In this document: positions 25,101-38,224 of the stretch, piece after piece
Layout of the letters: every line of letters begins with the position of its first letter
How positions within the stretch are numbered: the stretch's first letter is position 1
The notes under the pieces: generated by a model
Seen by the model: only the letters and a program-made list of their open reading frames with translations
What the model was told of the DNA's origin: nothing
The model's database searches: none
Source of the DNA: Vitrella brassicaformis CCMP3155
Taxonomy: Eukaryota > Protista > Chromerida
DNA length: 64,000 bases
Assembly: GCA_001179505.1 (NCBI GenBank)
Contig: CDMY01000443.1
Coordinates: 11,783-75,782, forward strand
Reading direction: 5' to 3'
Translations under genes and position numbers: made by a program

Positions 25101-26769
25101 CAATCTTCGGCGATCCGCCCATCAGCTTGGCTTTGCTGCCAACGCTCAGACGCTGCTGAGAGTCCATGTCTGGTGTCATCGCAATCGGCGCCTCCCCCTT
25201 GGCCATGGCCTGCACGTGGTCCGGTGGCAGCTTGTCAGATAGGAGGAGGTTGGACAGCCGCCGCATGGTCTGCTGCCCCGCGAGTGCTGCTGCCGTCTTG
25301 GCCCTCTTGTTCCTCCGGCCAGCGAGGTGTGGTGGCGGCGGGGTGGTTGGCGGGACAAGTGACAGGGCCAGGGGGGGATGTGGCTCGCTCTGGATGGCCT
25401 GCTTGAGGACGCTGTGACGGGCGAGTTGGAGCTGGGAAACAATGCCCAGGGGAGAGAGGGAGAGTTAGTGGACAGAGAGGGGAGAGAGATGAGCTAGCAA
25501 ATGTCATGTTTTACTGCTTTTTCTTCTTCGAGTCTGTCTTTGAGGGCTCTGATTTCGATCGCTGTGTTGATGTCTCCCTGCCTGCAGTAGATCGACAGCA
25601 ACGAAAAAGAACAGACACACAACACATGCAGACATGGCTGGTCCGCAGTCGGTGCCAGTGTGCTCCACCCTTCCAGATCGCCGATCTGCCTGAGAGCGAA
25701 AGCATGAAGGCGTTCGTCGCATCGGAGGCGAGTGACCATGGTCTCCAGTAGAGTGAGAGCCTCAGCCATGCACCGAATGTCACCACGCTGCAGATTCCCA
25801 CACACAGAGACGGACAATCAGCTCAGTGCCATTGTGTCTCCTTTCTGTCTCTTTCTCTCTCACCTCCAAGAAGACTACCGTCCTTTCGATGATCCTTTCC
25901 TGCCAATATCCATCCATGAAGACCTCTCCCCTCCCCCTTTCGCCGCTCTCCTCCACCAGCACGGTGACGCTCTGCATGGCCATCCGCACCCTGGCTGATG
26001 AGAACGCGCCGCTCGTGGGTGCCTTTCTGTTGGTCCGCGGTGGCTCCATCAGACGCAGCACGGTCTCCAGGACACGCGGCTGGTGGACGGGGTTGTTGCG
26101 AAACAGCGTGCAGAGTAGCTTGCCGATCATTACGATCGGCTCCCACCTGAGCACGTCCCTGCCGCACTCAAGCACCTTCGGCAGCACGTCACACCCCCCA
26201 TGGCCGCCGCACAGCCGCTCCTTGGCCCCTTTTCCCCCACAGGCCACCCGATGCAGCACCCACAGAGCGAAGAACCGGTCCTCATCGCTGGCGTCATAGT
26301 CCAACCCTAGCATCTGTGCCAGCAACACAACTGCACCCGTCGTGAACAAGGCCTCGTGAATGACGCTTTGGCCCCCGCCTCCCCGCAGCAACGTCATCAG
26401 GGCCCTCAACTGCACCCCAAGCGCGAATCCCCGGACGAGTGACAGCTGCAGCCAGGACACGAGCTTCAGAGCAAAGGGCAGCAGCGAGGGGCCGAATGCA
26501 CGGCCGTCATCGAGGGCGAGATACGGCGGCAGGTAGCAGATGACATAGTCGCAGAAGGTGAGCAGAAGCTCCACGCGCCTCTCCCAGGAAGCATCGGCGA
26601 ATTCCTTTTGTGTTTTGGCGAGCCAGTTGGTGTGGGAAGGGGGGAGGTGAGGGTGCTTCGATTCGCAGGGAGGGGCGGTGTCGTTGTACAGCGGCAGGGC
26701 CAGTTGTGTGGACGAGGGGGTGAAGAGGCGGACGCTCCCCATAGTCTTTTGTCTTCTCTTTCCCTGCAT
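22123..26769 (-). CDS. Armadillo-like helical protein resembling ARMH1/C1orf228, with a long low-complexity C-terminal extension
   Basis: LVSWLQLSLVRGFALGVQLRALMTLL...GAVVLLAQMLGL...ALWVLHRVACGGKGAKERLC...TLFRNNPVHQPRV and LLAARSRSLTEKLVEAGFVQQLL..ALDCNRPSHQDEALKTL resemble ARMH1 blocks by eye. A final exon of about 130 codons is open from about 22524 to TGA at 22123. Confidence 0.55.
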
Positions 26770-26941
26770 TTCGTTGACGTTCACGCAGAACACTCGGCAG
26801 CACGGTGACCGGCCTTCTTTGCACTGGGGAAACAATCTCGGCTTGCGCGCTTAGCAAGCAGATCTGAGCTTGCGCTTTCGAAAAGGGCGTTTGATTCATC
26901 CATTTCCACAGATCCCGAGCGCGGCATCAGCACTCTATCCG

Positions 26942-29168
<2,227 letters not shown>

Positions 29169-29525
29169 GTTTTGACGATTGGATGGATGAATGGAAGCTA
29201 TGAGGGCCTGGCGCTACAGTAGGATAGGATGTGGGTCATTTTGGTGTGTAGAAGTGAGGTGGGTGGGTGCATGTGTGGACGTGTGCATGCATTTGCTTGT
29301 ACCATGGAAGGATGGTATCGCAGCGGACCAGCGATCAAAACAACCATTTAACACAAAGTGTCTTTCGATCCACTGCATCCCATCAGTCGGTCAGAAGTTC
29401 TCCACCCCCACTCTCCCCCATGTCAACTGAAGAAAACACCATCTCCGCCTCTGCACACACACGGGAGACACGCACCCACACTCACGCACACTAGAGCTAC
29501 AGCCCCTCCCAACCCCGCCCCTCGT

Positions 29526-30872
29526 CTACCCCCACCGCCTGACCATCCGTGTGTTGGCCACGGGCGAGTAAAAGTAGTACCCCCTGCCACCCCCCTGGTG
29601 CATCTGGCGCGGGCGGTGCGTGTAGGACACCGTCTCCCTCACGGCTACCATCCCCACCCCCTCCCCGTCCTCCTCGGTCGGCACCGCAAACTGGGGGGCA
29701 TACGACGACGCAGCAAACGTCAGCGGCACCGAAACGTGCTGGGGGGCCGTCTCGGTGATGAAGGTGCTGCCCTTGGCCATGCGGTGCTGGTTGATGTCCG
29801 CCTTGTCCCTGTTCTCTTCCTCCTGGTATGACGGGATGGATGAGGTCACCGAGCAGGCGTGGAGCGCCGGCAGGGCAGGCAGGGGCGGGCCCTCCTGCTG
29901 CTGCTGGTCCTCGGCGGCAGGCTGCTGCTGGAACTCCTCGCCGCCCTCCGGCTCCTTGTTGGGCTCCTCATCCACTACTGTGGCTCTCGTGGGCTGGCCG
30001 TACTGCACCGGCATCAGACTGGCGAAGGGAGCGGCCTGCGAATGGGGGCGGGGCTGCTGCATCACGTTGACTACTACGACATTGCTGCTGCTGCTATGGT
30101 TGTGGTCTTGGCTATGGCCGCTGCTGCCCGTGGATGTGGTGGCCGACGCCCGGCCCTTCTTGGTCGCACTGCTGGCTTGCCGAATGCTCAGGGCCGCGTT
30201 GAGGGGAGAGGATCCCTGGCAACCCTTTGCTGTTGCTGTCGCGTGTTCGCCGAAGAGGTGGACGGCGGCGGGGTGTGAGAGTGCGCCGTGGATGAGGATT
30301 GAGATGAACCACACAAACGTGCAGATGAGCTGCCCCACACCCACCAGCACCTCCCGGCCGTCCTTCATCCGCGGATCCTTCGAGAAGAAATTGCTCGAGG
30401 CTGCCGCGGCCAGCAGGACCCACACAAGGCAGTCGACGGCCGACGCCACGAGGAATGACCGGGTATATGGCTGGATGTAGGGCATGGAGCCGGCGAGGGC
30501 TGCGATGAGGCCGAGGACGCCGATGGCGTAGTTTCTGCCGCAGAAGCCGTACACGCAGAAGACTGCATACACGCCCACACACATAGAGGGATAGAGGGGG
30601 GAAAGGGAGATCATTCCATCCATCCATCCCTCCATCCATCCATTGACGTCGGTGCATCCGTACCTATGTGGGCGCCCATGAGAAAACCGTGCAGCTGCCA
30701 TGAGAGGGCGAACTCCTTTCTGCGCGCAGCAGGAGGCTTGACGCCCTCTGTGGTCGCGTGTGCCAAACGCGCCACTTTTGCTCCCATGATCTCCCTTTGG
30801 CAAGGAACTGCACAAGTAAATTTCGCGATACATCTTTGCTCCCATCTCCTTCATCACCTTGCTTTTATACAC
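29526..30872 (-). CDS. Hypothetical membrane protein (about 3 TM helices, low-complexity C-terminal tail); start uncertain
   Basis: Long open frame with hydrophobic segments YAIGVLGLIAALAG, FLVASAVDCLVWVLLAAAA and VLVGVGQLICTFVWFISILIHGAL. One probable intron at about 30660-30545. Confidence 0.6.
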   Translation of the reverse strand: MYKSKVMKEMGAKMYREIYLCSSLPKGDHGSKSGAFGTRDHRGRQASCCAQKGVRPLMAAARFSHGRPHRYGCTDVNGWMEGWMDGMISLSPLYPSMCVGVYAVFCVYGFCGRNYAIGVLGLIAALAGSMPYIQPYTRSFLVASAVDCLVWVLLAAAASSNFFSKDPRMKDGREVLVGVGQLICTFVWFISILIHGALSHPAAVHLFGEHATATAKGCQGSSPLNAALSIRQASSATKKGRASATTSTGSSGHSQDHNHSSSSNVVVVNVMQQPRPHSQAAPFASLMPVQYGQPTRATVVDEEPNKEPEGGEEFQQQPAAEDQQQQEGPPLPALPALHACSVTSSIPSYQEEENRDKADINQHRMAKGSTFITETAPQHVSVPLTFAASSYAPQFAVPTEEDGEGVGMVAVRETVSYTHRPRQMHQGGGRGYYFYSPVANTRMVRRWG

Positions 30873-31571
30873 GTGAGTTTGAGTCTACGCGGGCGTGCGT
30901 GCAAGTGTGGTGCGCACAACCGAACGAAAAAGGTGGAAAAGGGAATGAATGCAAACAGGAATGGGGAGGGGCGGGGCGGGGCGGCTGGCGCACCGACATA
31001 ATTACAGACAGACAGACATGGACAAACGGACAGACGGCCAGCGGACAGACAGACAGACACACTGAAGAGACACGTGTAGACAGACAGCCACTACAGACAC
31101 TTACGGACACCCAGCTAGTAGTTGAAGACCCATGTCATAACGGACCCTCTATACACAAATGAGCCCACCAGAAGCCAACCCAACCAATGGTCTTCACTCA
31201 CTAAAGCCGCTCTGTGCCGTGTCGGGCACGCCTGCAGCCACGATGGCCATCTCCCCACTCATTCATTCAAAACACCTTCGGCCCGCCAGCCAAGCCAAGC
31301 CAAGCCAGCCATGGCGGCCGTCACGTACACACGCACGGATGCATGCATTGACGCTATGCCGTGCTGGCCTATACAGGAGCTACACACAGGCACCAAGTCA
31401 TGCATCGCGCGAGCACGTCACAGCCGCCACAATGGATGGCACCAACCAACCGTGTCAACGTCTCCCTCCCCCTACCCCCTGGCCTACAGTATAAACACTC
31501 ACCCGATCATCACTGTGGAGCCAAAACGGCCCTGCTACATCTATCCTCTGTTGCCGTATGCATGCACCCGG

Positions 31572-33674
31572 CTAGAGCCTGGTTGAGTAGATGATGGTGC
31601 CGACCAGCAGGCAGGTGAGGACGAACACCGACACCACGACCGCCACCACCACCTCGAAAGCCATGGCGTCCGTCTCGAGCTCGTTCGTCAAATTCATACC
31701 AAACGCACCCTGCACCACACACAAGCCACCACATTTCTTTCCGCTCTCTCTCTCTCTCTCTCTCTCCCTCCCCCTCTGTCTGAATGCGTGTGTGTCTCGC
31801 TCGTTCGTTTACCGTGATGACGGCCCCCATGGCGAGTCCGCCCGAGATGACTGTGGCGCTGGTGTCGACGAGCATGAGCCTGTTGCGGACAATGTCCAAT
31901 CGGATGGTGATGAGGTACTCGATGTTGACGAGCTTCTCCTTCATCATCCGCGTCCGCTCTACCAACTCGTCGACCTCCTGGTCGAAATACTCGAGCAAGA
32001 TGTCCAGGTCGCTGTTGGGAATCAGCCCCAGGCCGCTGACGGTGTGTTGCGCCGTGGACGACACGGCGGGGGGAGCGTAGGGGGGATACCCCGTCATGAA
32101 GGAGGACGCTCGCGCGGCCGCCACCCGATGCTGCTGCTGGGGCTGGCTGTCGACCGAGCCCGATCGCCTGTGTCGCTGCCTCAGGAGTGAGCGTCCGGTG
32201 CGCATGGGGGGCGAGGGGGTGGGCGACCTGCTGTTGGGGTCCTCCTGGGTGTCGCTGTGCACCCGCAGGTGGTTGCTGGATGAGGCCATCGATGCGGGTG
32301 TGTCTTCCCTGACGTTGTTCATGGGGTTGAGTAGAGTGAGGGAGCCCCAGTTCTGGTGGTCGAGGTGGTCGTAGTACTCGGGGTGCTCGTACAGCCGCGA
32401 CAGCTCCATCTTGAGCAGGTCAGTCGGCTCCTCCATCAACTCGGCTATCGAACGGTGAAAACCCTGGATACACGCACAACACACAGCGAGGTACATATTG
32501 GGGTGGGGTGGGGTGACGGGCGTCTGTCTTATGTGTCCCTGCTTGCCTGTATCTTTGATTCGAGTACAGCGGTGGGCGCCTTAAGCCTGTGGAGGGCTTC
32601 GAGGTCGCGTGTGGTGGGGTTCTGCCGCTCAAGCTTGAGCGACAGCGCCTCAATGGCCTCCTCGACAGGCGTCAACTCCTCACCTGCGCACCGCACACAC
32701 ACATTCATGCACCAATCGTCTCTCCCTGTCCTGTGTGCACGTCGCTGACGTACCCACGGCCTCGATAGCAGTGGCGAGGACCACCTCGAGCGCCGAGAAC
32801 TCGAACGGCACCCTCCTGGTCTTGCGGCCCTCGGACAGCTGTGTGAGCCGCTGGATGAGCCCCTCGCTCTGTGTGAGTTCCTCTGCCATGAGGAGCAGCA
32901 CGGCGTCGTGCAGGATGATGGCGGTGACGGGGGGAAAGCAGATGAGGATGCAGTGCCGACGCACCTCCACGGACGGCAGCTGCTTCAGCTCAGCGAACAC
33001 CTGACATGGCACACACACACAGAGCAGGTCAGGGTTGCTGGAGGCAATTCTTGTGCCTGTATGTATGTATGTATGTATGTGTGTCAGTCACCTGTCTGAC
33101 GTCGCGGTATGTGAGGCATCCGGAGAGCTCCTCGACCAGGCCGGCCTTGTTGTGTGAGAGGACGTGCCTGACCACCTCGGCGGCCTGCCACTCGCGGATC
33201 CTGTGGCGGCCCGCTGTGATCTCGATGACCACGTGCTTGCGCACCTTGCGGCTCCTCTTGCCCATCACCATGTAGTGCGGCAGGTAGCTGCCACACAGAC
33301 ACACACACAGACACATGTAGAATGGTACGCACCTTTGTGTCCTCTGCACACTGCCGTTGGTTCACATGCAGTGCACCTGACCTGATGTTGTTCTGCGAAA
33401 AGGCCTTGGACGGCGATAAGGCCTTGTCGCTTATTTCGCTCGGCGAAGAGGCCCGGCTCCTCCCTGCTATCCCCATGAGGCCGTTTGTCATCTTCCGCTC
33501 GGACCTCTTGGCCGCCGCGCCCTCCCTCTCGCCGCTGCCGCCATTGAGCTCTGGCGGATCTCTGTCTGCGGTGCCGGACTGCTGCTGCTGCTGGTGAGAT
33601 GTGCTGACTGTCACCTCCTCTGGAAGCAGGCCATCTTCAGGCAGATGGCTCTGCTTGTCGTTCTGGTGGGACAT
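31572..33674 (-). CDS. MRS2: MRS2/CorA-family Mg2+ transporter
   Basis: LTYRDVRQ; VPFEFSALEVVL; LLEYFDQEVDEL; IRLDIVRNRLM; TM1 ending GAFGMNL (GMN motif); TM2 AFEVVVAVVVSVFVLTCLLVGTII. Confidence 0.92.
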
Positions 33675-33761
33675 GCTGATACATATGCCGCTGCAAAAAC
33701 GCTGAGCAGCGCCCTGGTTTTGAACCCTTCTGGCTTAGCTCGCAGACCAAGCTCGCATTTC

Positions 33762-33802
33762 GAGCCGACAGGAAACCGCTCTCTCTCTGAGCCGACAGGA
33801 AA
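33762..33802. promoter_or_regulatory. 14-bp direct repeat GAGCCGACAGGAAA x2 in the MRS2/CDV3-like divergent intergenic region
   Basis: Exact copies at 33762-33775 and 33789-33802. A regulatory role is inferred from position only. Confidence 0.35.
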
Positions 33803-33893
33803 AGATCGGTTATTTCCCGACGTTCGCACGAGCATTCGGCGTCCTCAAGTGCTGTGAGGGCGTATCTATCCGAATCTATCTGGCTGACGTAAG

Positions 33894-34778
33894 ATGGGGA
33901 AGCTCGAAGATCTCTTCAAGAAGAAGAAGAAAGGCACCAAGATCACCAACCTCAACCAGGCTGACCCCAACCTCCTCGAAGCCAAGGGCGAGATCGCACC
34001 AGCGGACGCCACAACAACGGGCGAAGAGGGCGCACCTGCCCCCGCACCCGCCGCCAAGGACGACAAGCCTGTCAAGAAGGAGGAGGAGGCGGCCAAGGAC
34101 GAGTGGGACGATGACGAGACAGCCCCGGTGGCCAACGAGGAGCTGGCGGCCAAGATGAGCGACGCTCACATCAAGGACATCAAGCTCTCGGACGCACCGG
34201 AGATCTCGATATGGGAGCTGCAGGCGCAGCAGAAGGCCGAGGAGGAGGCCAAGGCCGCCGCGGCCAAGCAGGAGGAGGAAGACAAGAAAAAGGCCGAGGA
34301 GGAGCAGGAGAAACACAAGACAGATCAGCAGGAGGAGGAGCCTGCCGCCGCGAGCGAGCCTCCTCCACCCCCAGCACCGGCCAAGTACACGGCACCGGGT
34401 ATGCGTCGGATTCAGCGTGAGAAGGAGAAGGGCCCGCCCAAGCCAGAGGAGTGGGGGCCATCACTGTCCACCCTCTTGGAGCAGCAGAGGGAGGAGTCAG
34501 CGGCTCGGGCGGAGAAGGAGCCGACCGCCAGCAAGCCCAAGAAGCCCACCGAGCCCAAGGAGAAGAAGGTTCGCGAGCGGATCAAGCTTGACCTGGGTGA
34601 GGACTCGCCCAAGGGCCCGACGATCAAGGTGCTGGGTGTGGGAGGGGGGGATGCCGGGCAGGATCAGGGTGGGGTGCGGCGGATCATGATGGACGACCAG
34701 GCCAGCAGGGACAAGTTCAAGGGCAGGTGCAAGAGACCCAAGAAGGAGCTGCCTGAGGCTGAAATGAGGGACGACTGA
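33894..34778 (+). CDS. Intronless charged, disordered protein resembling CDV3
   Basis: The 294-aa ORF has LEDLFKKKKK, KDEWDD and YTAPGMRR...GPPKPEEWGPSL, in the same order as the CDV3 motifs (by-eye similarity only). Confidence 0.6.
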   Translation: MGKLEDLFKKKKKGTKITNLNQADPNLLEAKGEIAPADATTTGEEGAPAPAPAAKDDKPVKKEEEAAKDEWDDDETAPVANEELAAKMSDAHIKDIKLSDAPEISIWELQAQQKAEEEAKAAAAKQEEEDKKKAEEEQEKHKTDQQEEEPAAASEPPPPPAPAKYTAPGMRRIQREKEKGPPKPEEWGPSLSTLLEQQREESAARAEKEPTASKPKKPTEPKEKKVRERIKLDLGEDSPKGPTIKVLGVGGGDAGQDQGGVRRIMMDDQASRDKFKGRCKRPKKELPEAEMRDD

Positions 34779-35233
34779 TTGATCGTGGGTGTGGGATGCG
34801 TGGATGAGTGATCTGCAGGGGCTGTATAGAGATGAATGCTGGAGGGGAGAGGGATGGGGGGTCGTGACTCGTTGGTTGAGGGCGCGTGAGCGGATCACGT
34901 CTGCGTGTGTTCTTCTTGTTTTGCCGATCTGCCTCATTTTATCACTTTTGAGTGAGCATCCCAAATTGACCGCTGCATGTCCCTGTGAGTGCCGCTCTTC
35001 ATTCACTGTCAAGGGACTCTGACAGTGTGCGTCCGTGTTTGTGTGCGTGGACCTCATCAACCAGGTCAGGTTTTCAATACACATATATTCTTTATTTCTT
35101 CCGCAAGAACACGAAGTCGCGTCCATGAATCGTTCCTGACAGTCTGCGGAAGCATGCACATCAGATCGAGCTGTACAGTCAGTCACTTAGCCACAACAGA
35201 CAGCCTCCCGCACTCTCACAACCATCGCTGTTA

Positions 35234-37929
35234 TCACTTGAGTACGTGTAGTTTGCCGTCGATGCCCCATGTGGCCACCAGGTTGTGCAGGGGGTGCGCT
35301 ATCAAACCGATGACGTCCTTCTCGTGGACCTACAACACACACAGAGACACACAAGCACGTGGCCTGTTCCTCATCCATTCATTTAGCGAGTAGTAAGTCA
35401 CCTTGGCGAGGTGTTCGAGCTTCCCAGTTGAGTTGGAGAAGCAGTAGAGGGTGTTGTCCTCGCCACAGCAGTACAGCCACTCGCCCTTACGAGACGCTGC
35501 ATACACACACACAGGGGCAACCGACAAACACAGACGTCCCCTCTTGATGGGTCTGGCAGGCTGTGTGTGATCAGTGACCGACTGACCTGCTGCACAGACG
35601 AAGTCGCCGCCCTCCTTCTTGCCTGAAATCCAATGGGGAGAGCAATAAATGTGTGTACGAGTGTGTGCGCACACGCCACGGCACCTACCTGATGAGAGTG
35701 TCTTGAGTACTTGTCCCGTGAGGTTCATCAGGTGCAGGGTGGGCGCCCTCGTGCACACGTATATCAGATCCTGCGACTGCACACACACAGACATCCGTGC
35801 GTGAATGGCAGTGCCGGTGTGCGTGTTAGGTCGTTTGTTACCTTTGGCGCGAGGAAGACGGCGTTGATTTGCGGCGAGGCGTTCTCTGTGTTGAGGTGGG
35901 ACGGGGGAGGGGGGGCGAAAGTCTGCAGACAGTCGGTCGTCTTGGCATCCCACACCTATACACAACACACATGGCAAACGAGCGATTGGGTGCAAATTTC
36001 TGGCGCACAAACATGGATGCATTCCCACCTTGACGCGTCCGTCGCTTGAGCCGGTGACGATCTTGGTGCCATCGCCGGTGAATATGGCGCAGTTGACGTA
36101 TGACGTGTGGCCCCTGAACTCCTTGAGCGTCTTGCCAGACTTAAGTCCGTGCAGACGGGCCGTGTTGTCGAACGACGCCGTCAGCAGCTGGCTGCTGTCC
36201 TTGCTGAACACTATACTCGTTATGCCTACACACACAAAAGGTGTTGTGTTGGTGTGAGGGTGTCTGTGGCTGAGCTGACACGCGCACCTCCTTGGTGTAT
36301 TTTGGTGTATTTCTTGAGGCATTTGCCGGTGGATATCTTCCAGACCTTGAGGTTGCCGTCCTGGTCGCCCGACGCCAGCAGCTCGGCGTCACGCGTGAAG
36401 GCCAAGGACACCACCGCCGTGTCGTGAACCATGAAGGCGTCCTCAGCCTGGTAGGACAGGTCGGTCCGCAGCTTGCCAGTGAGGTAATCCCACACCTCCA
36501 CAATGCCGTCAACAGAACTGACACAACACAACACAGGAAAGCAGATATGGCCGCACTTGTATGAGTAGAGGTGGCTGGGGGAGGGGATCGTACCCAGTGA
36601 CTAGGTGCTGTCCGTCTGGCGAGAAGGCGGCGCACTCGGGGTAAGAGCGGGTGGGGAACTGACGACACACACACACACAGAACATAACTTCAATGGTTGG
36701 CCTGTGGTCTGTGGTCTGTGTCTGGTTTGGTACAATGATGGTTTTGGCAATGTCGCTGGCGCATTCCTCTGCCTCCTCCTTGGCTGTGGCCGCCATACCT
36801 GAAGGAACAACGGAGGAGAAAGACCGAGGGAAATACAGACCAGACAGATCTTCCCTCCGACATGTCGTTCACTCACCCCTGAAGAGATCAAACTTCATGC
36901 CGGGCGGGAGCAGACCTGTGTGTAAACAGACATCACACACACACCTCGCTGCGTCGGTCCACGTGCTTCTTGTTAGCTCGTGGTAAAGTCAGCTACCTTG
37001 GTGGTTTTGCCACTTCATGGCCTGGCCGATAATGGCGAGCAGCCTGGAGGGAGGGGCCGCCTGCAGATTCTGCACCATGTCTGCAAGGACACACACACAT
37101 CGATGAGATGAAGGCCATTCATGTATCGGTAATCAACTCGCACTCACCCTGGCCAAGTGCCGCTCGCCTCTTCTCCACTGTCATGCCCTCATACGCCTGC
37201 ACGCACACACAACACACACCCATCATGAGCACCACCCGCCAGGAGGCCAATCAACCACAATGTCACCTCTTTCGAGTCGACGTGTCCCTTGTTGCACAGG
37301 TGATCTAGCTTCTTGAATCTGTCCGGGTGAGTCAGTTTGAGCGACTGCAGGGCGGCCGTCTCGCGCAGCAGCTGACGCGCCACCTCTGGCTCCTTCGCTT
37401 CAAGCATCTCGCACACTATCTGCACACACGGTTACATCACACACACAGGAGGGGAGGGCGAATGGAGTACCCAATGCTGCCTTCTGCGTGTCGTTGTGTG
37501 TGCTGACGTGTTCGTATAGGTTTTGCAGGACTTCTTCCGGCAGGTTCATGCCCGCAGCGGTCTGCAGGACCTCCCCCCACTTGCCCTGGTTCACATCAGC
37601 CAGGAACTGATCCACACTCTCCACCGTGTTGTACGCAACACGGGACTCCTCCTGACCGACACAGACACACGAACACGTCATGAGTGCCGACAACACGCAG
37701 CTCGTGTGTGTGTCGTGTGTTTGGCGTGGCATACCTGCAGCGTCTGGAAGGTCCTGTGGAGTGAGTTCTCTTTGAGGAACTGCAAGATGAGGCGAATCAC
37801 ACTGCACCCAGCACACGCAGGCAACCACATGGGCATCACAGCCATCATCATCGCACACACTCGTGAACTTCTGCGGTCCCTCTGTGCCTCAGCTCACTCT
37901 GATGAGTCGATCTCCAACCGTTCGCCCAT
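35234..37929 (-). CDS. SMU1: SMU1 WD40-repeat spliceosomal B-complex protein (LisH/CTLH + WD40)
   Basis: [121 protein letters not shown]. Confidence 0.96.
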
Positions 37930-38224
37930 CTCAGTATCCGCAGCAGCAGATCTCAATCACACAAGACGACCCGAATCAGTTCGTTTTCCCGCCGTGGGAC
38001 AGCCTGGCGCTTTGCGATGATATGAGCGCTGCTCGTTAAGCCTCTTCACCTCGGCACCTCACAAAGATCTGCGAGCTTGTAGCTCGCTCCCCTTCTCGCG
38101 ATTTCATCGAAAAGAAGTGTTTTCGATGAGATCGTCGACGCCTGGCACTGCTAGGCCATCGCCCTCCCTGGCGGCAAACTATCATCATCACCTGCTTAAC
38201 CCCGTCCACACCCCACATCCAACA

